Position numbers and translations under genes: made by a program. The notes under the pieces are model-generated. The model had not been told where the DNA came from and made no database searches. It worked only from the letters and a program-made list of their open reading frames with translations. From the IMG/VR virus record IMGVR_UViG_3300037042_006844, positions 1 to 64,000 of that record: DNA of 64,000 bases. One strand, 5' to 3'. This document shows, in pieces, positions 35,201-45,016 of this stretch (position 1 is its first letter; every line of letters starts with the position of its first letter).

Positions 35201-36244
35201 AGTATCATTTGATACAATTGCGTCAAACTGATTTTTTGGAGCAGTCGATTTTTTGCTGTAAGTATATCCTTTCAACTTGGTTGTTGAAGCAACGTTGCCT
35301 GCCACAAATACGAATGGCCAATTGATTTCGCCGTTCACTTGATTGATTGATGCAGTCAAATACGAACCAGAATTTGCTGGAAATGTTTTGGTTCCGCCCG
35401 GGACGCCGGACCATGTTCCGTGTATCGCGCTATTGATGATATAATCAGTCTGTAGAAGAGTGCTGCCGCTCATATAAACGCTGCCAGTAGGAATGAATCT
35501 GTTGACATCGAACCATGCCATAACATAATCAGAAGAGCCATTGTGTCTGGCTACTTTTTTGCCAGCACTCACCACAGATGCGCTGAAAGCTGCATATGCA
35601 TTTAGTGTGGCAATATTAACCAATTGTCGATTTTTATATGCATCTCCGAGAGATGAACTCAACGATGCGATATCTGGCAAATAAGAATATGATCCAAGGA
35701 AGCTGGTAATTTGAGCTTTCGTGGTGAGACTAACACTTGCACTAAGACCAACGATACCAGTTGGGATACCTACAACAGTGCTTCCGCTGACTTTCCAAGC
35801 TGAAGCAGAGTGAGTGTATTGAATATTGGCGGTTAAATCGTCGCTATTCAAATACATGAATGAAGCGGTTGTTAAAGCACCAACGTCTGCTGATCGGTCC
35901 CAATAACCTGGTTCAGCATACACGACCAAAGGATTTTTTTGCCAGTAACCAGTCAAACCGCCGACACGAACAATCGTGACGATACCTTGTTGAACAAGAT
36001 ATTCTTTGGCAGTATATGGTCCATAATAAACACCGTCAGCAAGCCCGTATCTTTGTTCGAGCGTTGCTACGTCAGTGATAATATTTGGAAAAAATGCAGG
36101 TCCGTCAGCAAATGGAGCGACGATTGCACCTCCGATGTTGGCTACCCCTTGAGCTAGCCCCGATAAGTCATTCTCACGGGTAAATACCCCTGGACTGACG
36201 ATTGATTGTTCTGGACTCCAGCGTCCACCTTCTTGTATTGGCAT
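32258..36244 (-). CDS. gp18: Tail sheath protein (gp18-like), unusually long
   Basis: N-terminal SPGVFTRENDLS; C-terminal WYAPAGLNRG, NRVNPIVAFPGQGIVVWGQKTL, RVNVRRL, FEQN, PTRTAEFI. Confidence 0.95.
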   Translation of the reverse strand: MPIQEGGRWSPEQSIVSPGVFTRENDLSGLAQGVANIGGAIVAPFADGPAFFPNIITDVATLEQRYGLADGVYYGPYTAKEYLVQQGIVTIVRVGGLTGYWQKNPLVVYAEPGYWDRSADVGALTTASFMYLNSDDLTANIQYTHSASAWKVSGSTVVGIPTGIVGLSASVSLTTKAQITSFLGSYSYLPDIASLSSSLGDAYKNRQLVNIATLNAYAAFSASVVSAGKKVARHNGSSDYVMAWFDVNRFIPTGSVYMSGSTLLQTDYIINSAIHGTWSGVPGGTKTFPANSGSYLTASINQVNGEINWPFVFVAGNVASTTKLKGYTYSKKSTAPKNQFDAIVSNDTSELILSGSINARFGSTALTSNYPANYNGTGTLSGSLIYAGKQVSLGTVASGKLVRPFTGGSLPSGAVGYFYLTSSAQGLQTTEAIQISTAINESTETAFRLSSSMLNTTTPFDQITLDYDKDTFDATTALVVHSASFATVRSAATCGAALRFLGIVSGEYGPFNGTFVSVANGGSDPCNPNPSTRKNMVLSVLANTQNGSTEFDSNYAVSGFGDSTVAQLTSSVYPYKGQVNPNENQYQLALRYNFSDPDGNVSSGTYGYYDFSMEENANNYIKDVFGMDPTVGNPAKQVAGQKIEAAYNYVLFEDSIKRFLAEKTRPADEGGGWRIQVATAPTTGFSVGESMKFVDQYSYDPNSGDSQFAITNAKTPWIYSQQIAPFKGSADESATATKFKLFKVHTLSDGNLANRKFKIEISNVKLAGTVPGSAWGTFTLAVRAYSDTDKRPKYLEIFQNLNLDPDSANFVARRIGDRYAYITFAGKIVEYGTYVNLSKYVRIEMTDMPYAESVIPYGFEGYYAPIDGTLSNLLPSVRYSKASIYGLAPGKYPSGTVFGEVPEASDEIAHLYPTSSFGVGVATDTQQWFKPLPYYGGNDQNGDNIDFDLEAKVWGYADAKYYAQGVAASTGSLLAPELSGSIPSVYDPVNEPIYVRLRKFVVGFQGGFDGQWPAIPINVGSDITAGNTQGMDCTTIKSPGSIAYKQCIAALSNSDEWDINLIVLPGIFCEQHSYVTNLTITMCEARGDCFYIMDNVVFPASNQSVGLIEAAINSVATIDSNYVATYYPWVKILDTNMNKIISVPPSVVLPSIYAANDNAAAEWYAPAGLNRGGIPQAVQVLDRLNHQERDQLYENRVNPIVAFPGQGIVVWGQKTLQLAPSATDRVNVRRLLINLKKFIASSSNYLVFEQNVAATRNRFLAIVNPYLESVQQRNGVYAFQVKMDAENNTPDLIDRNILYGQIYIQPTRTAEFIMLDFNIMPTGATFSA

Positions 36245-36353
36245 AATTTATGTTCCTTTCAAAGTTAACGCTAACTTTCGAAGTTATGTTTACTTTATAA
36301 ATATTGCCAAAAAAGTTGAAGCTCTAACTATTTATGTCAACTTCTCGTTTTTC

Positions 36354-39300
36354 TTACCGAAAGCTTATCTTGCTATACCCATTTTCTTTTTTGATTTCGA
36401 GATGCATATCAACCATATCTCGCATTTGATCCAAATGGCTGATAATCCAAATGAAATCGAATTGGTGTTTCAAATACGTGAACAGAGCACCCATCTGCCC
36501 CAAATGGTCGCTATCAGCACAACCAAATCCCTCGTCGATGCAAATGATATTGGGTCTCGGAAGATTGCTGATATTGATAAGAGCAACACGAATAGCCAGT
36601 CCACTGATGAATTTCTCCATTCCACTTCCCATTTCCAATGCCCAGCGGCGATCTTCATACACAATATTACTCATGATGTTTTTACCATCGGTTTGCAAAG
36701 TAACAGTGAACTCCACAATCTGATGCAAAATGTTGTTAACCTCTTTTTCAATCTCTGGCAAAGTTTTTGTAATTACTTCGTAGGGAATGCCATCTCGACT
36801 TATTACAGAAGTATACAGTTTATACGTTTCATAGGTCGATTCCAACTCTTTTACTTTTTTCAATTGATCTGTGGTGTTTTTATACTGAAGCTCCAGCTTT
36901 CCTTTTTCAGTGGATGCTTTGAACAGATCATTATTGGTGTTTTTGATGTCGGATTCGACGCGTTTTACCGAGTTTTTACAGTCAGTAATTTCAGCAAGCA
37001 GTTTGTTATTGTTCTCGATAATATCCTTATTTTTGTAAAATATGTCGATATTATCCGTGACCAATTTGAGCTTGTTTTGTAGATCATTTAGAGCGTTTTC
37101 CAATTTCAAAATGGTATTATTGAACGATGACCGAGCCTTTTCCAGCGTGGTTTTTTCAGTGTTGGATCGTTGACATTCTTTGTAGCGAACCTCAATGTCA
37201 CCATGTTTTTCAACTTTTTGTTTTATGCCGTTGTAAAGAGTCACAATTGCTGTGGCACGGTTTCGTTCATTATCCAAATCTTGTTTGGTTGCAATTGCAT
37301 CTTTAACAAACACATTGTTGACGCAGTATGAACAGTCAGGATCGTATTTATGTTCCTCAAGCTTTTTGAGTTTGTCCATCTTACTACGAATCACCAATTT
37401 GAGCTTTTCGATGTCGGATGAGGTTTTGCTTTCTTCGGCTTTATCAATTTTGTATTGCTCATACTCGACATCGATATTTTCACACGTTGCGAGTGAACCG
37501 CTCAATTCAGCTATGCGACGTTCCACATTGGCGAGTTCGGCTTTTTGATCAGAAATGTCGTTTTGAGTAGTTGCGATCTTTTTGTCGAATTCGATTTTGT
37601 CGGATTCCAGCACAGTAATATCGTGAGCAAAAGAATCAGCTTTGGTAATGTTATTGCTCAGTTCAAGCAATTTACCATTCCACTCTTCTTTTTTAATTTC
37701 CAGATCAGCCATCTGTTTATTTGAATCAACAATTTTTGCAGTGTTGATCTCGATGCTGCCAGAGATGTGTTCCAGTTCTTCGACGAGCTGGTCTTTGCTA
37801 ATGTTTTTCAACAGTGTATTTGTATCTCTGAAATTGTCATTTGCAATGTTATACAACTGATCGAATACTGTTAATCCCATGAATTGGCACAGCAAATCTT
37901 TACGTTCAGTCTGCCCAAGGTCTACAAACGATCCTGCTTTGCTGTTCTGAACACTCAAAACCGTGAGAATAAAATCCTCATATGTTCCAACATAATCGCG
38001 AATAATGTCGTTGGTGCTGCGCCGGGCTTCTCCATTCAATGGAATTTCGTTACCATTCTCGATTTTGTAAAATTTGACCTCTACCTTAACGTTGCCCTTT
38101 TTATCAGCTGCCCCTTTGCGTTCAATAAAATAATCAACACCGCTCACTTCAAAATTGAACTTACAACTGAAGCTCATCTTTTGAGTGTTCATTACATTAA
38201 CGGCTTTGTAGCCTTTGCTGAACTTATCAAACACACAAAATGCCAACGCATCCATGATGCTGCTCTTGCCACTGGCATTCGGAGCAAACAAACCTATCGT
38301 GCCTTTCAACTGAGTGAAATCAATGAAATTATCCTCACCATAACTGAACATATTGTCAAACTCAAAAGTTTTGGGTTTCCAACGAATGTTTTTTGGCGTT
38401 TTGTCTTTTGGAATTTGTGTGTTGATCGTTTTGTTGAGTTGTTTGACTTTCTCAATCAACTCGGGGTCCACTTTCTTCGCAAGCAGATTGTCCTCAATCA
38501 ATGTGTTTTGGTAGTCTGCGTCAAAAATGCTATGAATATCTAGCACTTGACCGATCTTGGATGCTTGCGTATCATACTCATCAATTCTGATAAACGTTGA
38601 TTCCAAAATCTCGCATTTGGTTTTGATGGTATTAATAACCTCTTTAACTTGAGATGGAATTGTTTCAAAACACTTGGTGCGAATACGAGCTTTTTTGGGA
38701 ATGTTACTGATATCTGTGAGCAGTTCACCCTTGCTGATTTCGACGGTATAAAACCCATAGTCATTTGAAAGTTCGTAATGTTTGAACAGTCGGCGTTTCA
38801 AATCCCATGCCAAAAATCCGTGACCTTTGAGTTCTTCACCGTGATTTTGTTGGATCATTGAACCGGCATAAACAATTACTGGCTTGCCTTCGCCGTCATC
38901 ATACTCTTGCAATACTTGATGTTTATGTATGTCGCCCAACATTACTATATGATGCCCATCAAATAGATCGTTTGTGATGGCGCGATTGCTGACAGTATAG
39001 CCAACATCCGTAATGGCGTTGTTTACTGGACCGTGAAACAGAGCAATATGGTGATCAGTTTCCAATCGATATTTGGCTGGAATATTGTCATACTTGATGT
39101 ATTTGTCTGGAGCGTCAAACACACTGAAATGGTTGAACAGTATGTTTTCGTATCGAAATATGTCGGTGGGTTTGAGATAATAAAGATTCGGATGATTCAG
39201 AGCATCCACGATTGGAGTCAAACAATCCAAACGATTTTTATTGGAAAGCATACAATTTCCGCATATACTAATCAGCCCGTTTCTACGAGTCAAAACATTA

Positions 39301-40517
39301 GTATTGGGCACAGACACACAATATACATTTCCATCATATCTAACTTTTCGAATTTCTTTAATAGACGTGTTATTCACCGTATCAGTCAAATTAATATGCC
39401 CAGAATACTGTTGTTTGGAGTTTTCATAATTGCCAAATATAATTCTATCAGATTTTGTTGATGATGCTCCAATTAACCTGGCGATTGTATATAATATATC
39501 AATACTTTCTTTTGATATTGATGTAAAATACCAATAATTTTTACCATTTTTAGACAAACTCCCATCGCCATGTAAATAGCCGTCCATAAAACTTTTCAAT
39601 TCGGAATTTGTATGTGAAAAAATAGATGGCGGTATTTCTTTTTTATTATTGAAAAATTTACATATGTCTTTTGCCAAACTTTCATAAACAACAATGAAAA
39701 CTGATCCATCTTTTTGAGGTCTGGTTTTTGTTGTATAGTTTAATTTTTTTAATATATTCTCTAAATAAGTTATTTCCCGTTCACATTTGAGATGGAATTG
39801 AACTCGGCATCCATCAAATTTATTTTCATCGGTGTTATTTACATGGTCTCTTAAAACAAAAGTTCCTTCTGCGAAAGAGAATCCCAGCAACTTAAAAAAT
39901 GGGCTTTCTGCGTAATTATTAACAATGCCATTAATTGGAATTAATCCCGTAAGAGGAACATCTTTTGCTTCTTTTTTATAAAATTTATCGGTTTGAGTGT
40001 GATAATACAACATCTGATGTGTCGGAGTAACTAATATATCTGTTTTCTTACCAAGAAAATTATACATGGCTCCGTCGGATCGTTTGATTATTGTTTCACT
40101 TGGGGATTGAAATTCAATTTCCTTTGTATCAACATTGAATGTGGCGATTTTATCCATGCTTTTATTTTCAACATATTTTTTAATGTTGACCCATCCGGAT
40201 TGAGTCAATAGTTCATGATCTTCACTATAACAATCGTGATTGCCAGCAATGAGAATGGTGGGCATTCTATCTGCACACCCTTTCAGAAAATCCCCACCTA
40301 TTTTTACGCACTCTGGACTCAGATCGCTTTTGTTGTGAAACACGTCGCCAGTGATCACACAAATTCCAGCTGCATTTTTACTCAGCCTATCTAGAGCCAA
40401 ATAAAACCGATCAAAAACAGTTGTGTATTCGTCGTGCCGTTTGGTCAATCGGATGTGAATATCCGATACTTGCATTACGATGTCTATTTTTTTGTCTGTA
40501 TTTTTTAGCACTATCAT
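36354..40517 (-). CDS. Fused Mre11/SbcD nuclease-Rad50/SbcC ATPase (gp47-gp46 fusion) with an intein
   Basis: SDIH, GDVFH, GNHD, FHG, GDIH phosphoesterase motifs; APNASGKSS Walker A, CSYC hook, GSGMEK signature, ICIDEGFG Walker B, ISH. Confidence 0.92.
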   Translation of the reverse strand: MIVLKNTDKKIDIVMQVSDIHIRLTKRHDEYTTVFDRFYLALDRLSKNAAGICVITGDVFHNKSDLSPECVKIGGDFLKGCADRMPTILIAGNHDCYSEDHELLTQSGWVNIKKYVENKSMDKIATFNVDTKEIEFQSPSETIIKRSDGAMYNFLGKKTDILVTPTHQMLYYHTQTDKFYKKEAKDVPLTGLIPINGIVNNYAESPFFKLLGFSFAEGTFVLRDHVNNTDENKFDGCRVQFHLKCEREITYLENILKKLNYTTKTRPQKDGSVFIVVYESLAKDICKFFNNKKEIPPSIFSHTNSELKSFMDGYLHGDGSLSKNGKNYWYFTSISKESIDILYTIARLIGASSTKSDRIIFGNYENSKQQYSGHINLTDTVNNTSIKEIRKVRYDGNVYCVSVPNTNVLTRRNGLISICGNCMLSNKNRLDCLTPIVDALNHPNLYYLKPTDIFRYENILFNHFSVFDAPDKYIKYDNIPAKYRLETDHHIALFHGPVNNAITDVGYTVSNRAITNDLFDGHHIVMLGDIHKHQVLQEYDDGEGKPVIVYAGSMIQQNHGEELKGHGFLAWDLKRRLFKHYELSNDYGFYTVEISKGELLTDISNIPKKARIRTKCFETIPSQVKEVINTIKTKCEILESTFIRIDEYDTQASKIGQVLDIHSIFDADYQNTLIEDNLLAKKVDPELIEKVKQLNKTINTQIPKDKTPKNIRWKPKTFEFDNMFSYGEDNFIDFTQLKGTIGLFAPNASGKSSIMDALAFCVFDKFSKGYKAVNVMNTQKMSFSCKFNFEVSGVDYFIERKGAADKKGNVKVEVKFYKIENGNEIPLNGEARRSTNDIIRDYVGTYEDFILTVLSVQNSKAGSFVDLGQTERKDLLCQFMGLTVFDQLYNIANDNFRDTNTLLKNISKDQLVEELEHISGSIEINTAKIVDSNKQMADLEIKKEEWNGKLLELSNNITKADSFAHDITVLESDKIEFDKKIATTQNDISDQKAELANVERRIAELSGSLATCENIDVEYEQYKIDKAEESKTSSDIEKLKLVIRSKMDKLKKLEEHKYDPDCSYCVNNVFVKDAIATKQDLDNERNRATAIVTLYNGIKQKVEKHGDIEVRYKECQRSNTEKTTLEKARSSFNNTILKLENALNDLQNKLKLVTDNIDIFYKNKDIIENNNKLLAEITDCKNSVKRVESDIKNTNNDLFKASTEKGKLELQYKNTTDQLKKVKELESTYETYKLYTSVISRDGIPYEVITKTLPEIEKEVNNILHQIVEFTVTLQTDGKNIMSNIVYEDRRWALEMGSGMEKFISGLAIRVALINISNLPRPNIICIDEGFGCADSDHLGQMGALFTYLKHQFDFIWIISHLDQMRDMVDMHLEIKKENGYSKISFR
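39255..40232 (-). mobile_element. Intein with LAGLIDADG endonuclease (326 aa) inserted right after GNHD of the Mre11 domain
   Basis: Starts CYSEDH, VTPTHQM block B, LLGFSFAEG and FMDGYLHGDG motifs, ends ISICGN followed by Cys. Confidence 0.9.
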
Positions 40518-41428
40518 AGTTTATGTCTTATTTTCAATCTGAACAAATTGCTCTCATCCATCTTAACACTAGCATCGATATTTTGCCAAGTTTTGACATG
40601 CCCAATCTCATTCGGGTCTTTTCCATCCAACAAAACCAGATGGGCATCGATGCCATTTTGGATCAAAAATTCGCAAATATCAAAGCTACTTTTGATGGCA
40701 TCATTATCCAAAAGCACGTTAACTCTTGGTGGTTTTTGCTGCATCAATTTGATTTTAAGTTTGCTGGAAAGGGATTTTCCAAACAAAGGAATTGCGTTAT
40801 ATTTGACAGAAAACGCATCAAAAACCCCTTCAACCAACGTAATCGGTTTGCTGAAATCGGTCAGCATTTCAAAGCCAATAATGTTTTTGGATGCCTCGCA
40901 CAACCGATATTTCATCTTGCTTTGATAAAAATCACGACCGCAATAAAAATTCAATTCTCCCGTTGCAGAGTAGGATGGAACCACAATTCGATTCGCAAAT
41001 TTACCTTCGCAACAGTATCCTATGTTGTATCGGAGAATGTCGTAAACACTCAAACCCCGTTTGAAACAATAACTCAACGCATGTTTATGGCACACATCTG
41101 CTGCGGATTTATACAAAGGTTTGAACTCTTGAGGAAGGCGTAGTTTTTCAACTTCGTGTATTTCGGATGGTTTCGGAGCCCTGATTTTACAAAGAGTCTG
41201 GTAAAATTCACCAGGAGCTCTGATTTTGTTCAAAAGGCTTTTGAAGCTTTTTCCACTGAAATTGCACACCCAACAATGATAATAACCATTGGTTGTATTA
41301 ACGTTTAATTTGCGTTTATAATGGTTGCAATTCGGACAAAAAAACATAACCTCCTCGCCACCCTTTTGGATGTAAGGTTTATGCTTAAAAAGCCGAGTCA
41401 ATGTTTCTATAACGGAGGTGTCTACCAT
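40514..41428 (-). CDS. DNA primase-like protein (Zn finger + TOPRIM); likely start MVDTS at 41428
   Basis: CPNC..H..CWVC, LVEGVFDA, LLDND; TGcTATACT extended -10 lies 7 nt upstream of the ATG. Confidence 0.85.
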   Translation of the reverse strand: MVDTSVIETLTRLFKHKPYIQKGGEEVMFFCPNCNHYKRKLNVNTTNGYYHCWVCNFSGKSFKSLLNKIRAPGEFYQTLCKIRAPKPSEIHEVEKLRLPQEFKPLYKSAADVCHKHALSYCFKRGLSVYDILRYNIGYCCEGKFANRIVVPSYSATGELNFYCGRDFYQSKMKYRLCEASKNIIGFEMLTDFSKPITLVEGVFDAFSVKYNAIPLFGKSLSSKLKIKLMQQKPPRVNVLLDNDAIKSSFDICEFLIQNGIDAHLVLLDGKDPNEIGHVKTWQNIDASVKMDESNLFRLKIRHKL

Positions 41429-41472
41429 ACGCCTGAGTATAGCATACACCAAACTGTCTAAGACGCAACTTT

Positions 41473-41985
41473 TTATTTTTCGTCATACATGGCGGCAACC
41501 ACGGCATCATACATATCACCATTGCGCTCATCCCAGTTGCCCTTTTTATTGGATACGGTGAAATTGATAATATCGGGCATCATCAGTTCCAATTGTGCTT
41601 TGACAAATGCTTTCGGTTTGATACCTTTGATTCTACACTTACCAAACAAATGCTTGCGCATTGTGGTCACACTTAAAAGATTGACCTTCTTTTTGAAATG
41701 CTCCTCCATGATGTAGGCAAACACCGCATTGTGCCTTGCCAGTGTTATAATAACCTGCTGTGAAGTAAATCCACCAGCGAAGCCACTAAGAGCGGCTTCT
41801 AAATTGATGCATGAAATCTGCTTGGTGAGCGGGTTTTTTTCCAATTCGGATATGACATGAAACGTTTTTTCCCTGGTCGTATCGAATTTTTTGGTGTCAA
41901 CAAAGCCAGCAGAGAGGATTTTTTTATCCTCTCTGAATGCCCAGCCCGTGACCGACGTTGAAGAATCTAGTCCTAGTGTAACCAT
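41473..41985 (-). CDS. RuvC-like Holliday junction resolvase
   Basis: LGLDSS, INLE, DMYDAVV acidic catalytic pattern. Confidence 0.8.
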   Translation of the reverse strand: MVTLGLDSSTSVTGWAFREDKKILSAGFVDTKKFDTTREKTFHVISELEKNPLTKQISCINLEAALSGFAGGFTSQQVIITLARHNAVFAYIMEEHFKKKVNLLSVTTMRKHLFGKCRIKGIKPKAFVKAQLELMMPDIINFTVSNKKGNWDERNGDMYDAVVAAMYDEK

Positions 41986-42005
41986 TACCTAATACATAGT
42001 AATGA

Positions 42006-42494
42006 TCAGCGAGTAAACTTAGCGTTACTGTATCTGTCGCTATTAAAGCCCTTTAGATACAGTGATAACTGCTTTGATTTATTTCCAATTGCGTCTTTGA
42101 ATTGGGTCTGACCGATTGGAGTTTTGAGTTTGAAACCTTGATCAACAGTATACATCGCGTCTTGCACCGCACCCTGACCGTTCCAATTCACAGAAATTTT
42201 ATTAACACCATCTGTTCGAATACCACCGTTTGTGGTGTCGCTATAGTTGAGTGCTGTTTGATTGAAATTCTCAGTTCCGTTGTTGGCGTGGAGTTTGAAC
42301 CCTTTTGTGGCAGTGTATTTAGTATCAAACGTGCTGGTTCCTACAGATAGTTCATTTGAACCGTCACCCGTTTTGACGTTTTTTTGAACTGGTTGGTATG
42401 CACCACCAGCAGCTTGACCGGACAAATACCTATCTGCCAAGCTTTTGTTGGAAGATTCACGATCAATTGTTTTGCTATCTGATAAAGTTGCCAT
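42006..42494 (-). CDS. Hypothetical (probably structural) protein
   Basis: 162 aa; late box and AAGGA SD upstream. Confidence 0.65.
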   Translation of the reverse strand: MATLSDSKTIDRESSNKSLADRYLSGQAAGGAYQPVQKNVKTGDGSNELSVGTSTFDTKYTATKGFKLHANNGTENFNQTALNYSDTTNGGIRTDGVNKISVNWNGQGAVQDAMYTVDQGFKLKTPIGQTQFKDAIGNKSKQLSLYLKGFNSDRYSNAKFTR

Positions 42495-42525
42495 ATATTT
42501 CTAATGTTCCTTATAATAAATAGGT

Positions 42526-44949
42526 TTATGTGTCCCATTTCACCACAATATTGATGGGAATCTGACCGTTATTTTTAATCGGATTTGCGATCTTTCCAAT
42601 AGCGACCAAATCAGCCCCCGCATACAAACCTACTTGGGTGATGTATGGTGCTAGATATGATCCTGTAGGATCGACGGAAGCACTGTAATGATAAGAGAAA
42701 AATTCTGATTTAATCTTATTGCCAAATCCCTTCCCAGTTCTAGCATCCAAAAATTTAATGATGTCGTCATAATTTTTACGCTTTGCGGTTGGTGAAACGT
42801 ATTGTTTGTAGTTTTCGATTTGAAGATTTTGTATGTAGTAGTTCCAAATCAAAAATGCATCGGCATAATCCACAACACCATCGTTGTTGGCATCAAAATT
42901 TTTCGTGGACATTGCGCAACGCAATTCTGGAGTCAAACGGTCGGCGGTATAGTCATTCATAGACGACGCAAAATAAGAAAACATACTTTGCTGCACATCT
43001 CCCTCGACCAACACATCCCACCAAGATTCTTTGCGCGGTGCCGTCAATCTATAGTTGATATAGCGAAGGATGATGTCTAGGTTGCTGAAATCAAATGTCG
43101 CTTGATTAATGATGCCGTAATCAAACAATGACCCAGTAACAGCCGTTGGGTTTGTGGATACATTGAACTCTCCTGGTTCGACCGTGCAGATATACTGCTT
43201 TTCATTCAAACCGACTTGACTTTGATAAGTTCCATATATATAGTCGATAAGAGGATTTATTGGATCTTTGAGAAAGTCGCTCAATATACTACCAGTGTTG
43301 TTCACAATGATGCGGTTGTTATTGTAAAATACGTTGCCGATCACAGCGTCTTTTTGCAAATCCGCAAAGTTATAAATGAACGATTTTCCGCACACATCAT
43401 ACATTGCGGGTTGATCCAAAACATAAATAATACCACCCGTGCCACCGTTGATATCATCACCAGAACAATCACAGATAGCATCTTCCATTTTGAATTCCAC
43501 AATATTTTCTGGAACCGAAAACGAGCAATCTAAATCTCCACTACCACTTTGTTCAGCCAGCATTGCTGTGGCAAGATACATATCATCGTTCAATGGAGCG
43601 GGAGACCCTATAACCAGGTTTTCATTGCTTACTGCCACAGATGCTCCAAACGCACTAAAGCATTCGCCCACACGCTTTCTATAAGCAATTGGCGCAGTTG
43701 TTGCCAATGTTAAAATCGACGACCCAGAACACGCATTTGGAATCCATTTATACAACAATGCTTGACCGTTGAAAGTGCTGGCACCAAAATCGTTGTTTTC
43801 GAAATTTGTGTCGAACGTATCAACCGAAGATGACAAATAAATGCTTGAAAATGGAAAATAGGGTTTTGGAGAGCCAACCAGCACATATTGGTTGGTCATA
43901 TCGACACTATATCCAAGCATGTTGTCTTTGAATGTGGTAGCATCCCCATACAATTTTTTGTTGAGAATATATTCGGTTGAGCCAGTTGAATGATAGTAAA
44001 AATAAAACGCTCCACGCTGCCTAACGGTTGATGATCCACTATATTCCAAATATACCAAATCGTTTGGAGCACCAACAACGAGACCTTGGTTAGACAATGC
44101 CACAGAATACCCATATCGAGATGCGGATTGTGCAAGTGGATAAAATTCAACATCTGGAACAGATTCGAGTTTCAGCCAATTTGACGCAGTATTTTGTGAC
44201 AACGTTTGAACCAGCCCCCAATTATCAGTGGAACCATCTCTCTGATAAATATACACTCTGCTGTGAGTCGTCGATAGCGTTCCGACTGCAATACGATTTT
44301 CACTGGTTTTATCGATGGCGACCGCAGAGCCAAAAAATTTTTGTCCAGCATCTCCACTTGTTAATGTCGTTTGAAGATCATAGTCGTCGGATAGAGTATT
44401 GTATTTATAAACATAAACAGCACCCCGTCCGCTGCTTGCACTTGGCGCACTTATCGCCAAATAATTATCTGAAATACCCACAGATTTTCCAAACCAATCA
44501 GCGGGATTGCCATCAATTGTGCAGAATGGATCGGTTGGTAATATGAAATCGGTATCGTCCGTATCGGCACAAGCAGAAGAATTGCTGTTGTCATACATAC
44601 GATACACGTCTACAGCAGCGGACCAATCATAATAAGTTGGACCGGTGCTATTATAGATTTTGCGATCCCAATCACCAATCCCCATATATTTATCGCATAA
44701 AGATACCGAATCTCCATATCTACTTTGCAGCAACGTGTGTGACGGAGGAGTGGACGGGCGATAGTTTCTAACAAACGAATAATTTGTATCGAATTGATTT
44801 CTATGATATACAGCTACTTCTCCAATTCTGGCAAAACTCTCACTACAGTTGTAAAGTTTTGAGTTTGGATTACCAACTGCGACATACGTTCCGTTGGTCG
44901 CAACTTGATATCCGAAATTCTCGTTATAGATGTTCAGGAGTGTTGACAT
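42526..44949 (-). CDS. Baseplate/fibre-associated protein with FG-GAP-like beta-propeller repeats
   Basis: Repeats WFGKSVGIS, FFGSAVAID, RYGYSVALS, FGASVAVS; DANNDGVVDYAD Ca-binding loop; C-terminal YITQVGLY...LVAIGKI. Confidence 0.7.
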   Translation of the reverse strand: MSTLLNIYNENFGYQVATNGTYVAVGNPNSKLYNCSESFARIGEVAVYHRNQFDTNYSFVRNYRPSTPPSHTLLQSRYGDSVSLCDKYMGIGDWDRKIYNSTGPTYYDWSAAVDVYRMYDNSNSSACADTDDTDFILPTDPFCTIDGNPADWFGKSVGISDNYLAISAPSASSGRGAVYVYKYNTLSDDYDLQTTLTSGDAGQKFFGSAVAIDKTSENRIAVGTLSTTHSRVYIYQRDGSTDNWGLVQTLSQNTASNWLKLESVPDVEFYPLAQSASRYGYSVALSNQGLVVGAPNDLVYLEYSGSSTVRQRGAFYFYYHSTGSTEYILNKKLYGDATTFKDNMLGYSVDMTNQYVLVGSPKPYFPFSSIYLSSSVDTFDTNFENNDFGASTFNGQALLYKWIPNACSGSSILTLATTAPIAYRKRVGECFSAFGASVAVSNENLVIGSPAPLNDDMYLATAMLAEQSGSGDLDCSFSVPENIVEFKMEDAICDCSGDDINGGTGGIIYVLDQPAMYDVCGKSFIYNFADLQKDAVIGNVFYNNNRIIVNNTGSILSDFLKDPINPLIDYIYGTYQSQVGLNEKQYICTVEPGEFNVSTNPTAVTGSLFDYGIINQATFDFSNLDIILRYINYRLTAPRKESWWDVLVEGDVQQSMFSYFASSMNDYTADRLTPELRCAMSTKNFDANNDGVVDYADAFLIWNYYIQNLQIENYKQYVSPTAKRKNYDDIIKFLDARTGKGFGNKIKSEFFSYHYSASVDPTGSYLAPYITQVGLYAGADLVAIGKIANPIKNNGQIPINIVVKWDT

Positions 44950-45016
44950 TTCCTATAAATATTGAGCAAAAACAAAATTCACTGGAAGTTTCAATATAAT
45001 AAACCCGGTTATTTGT

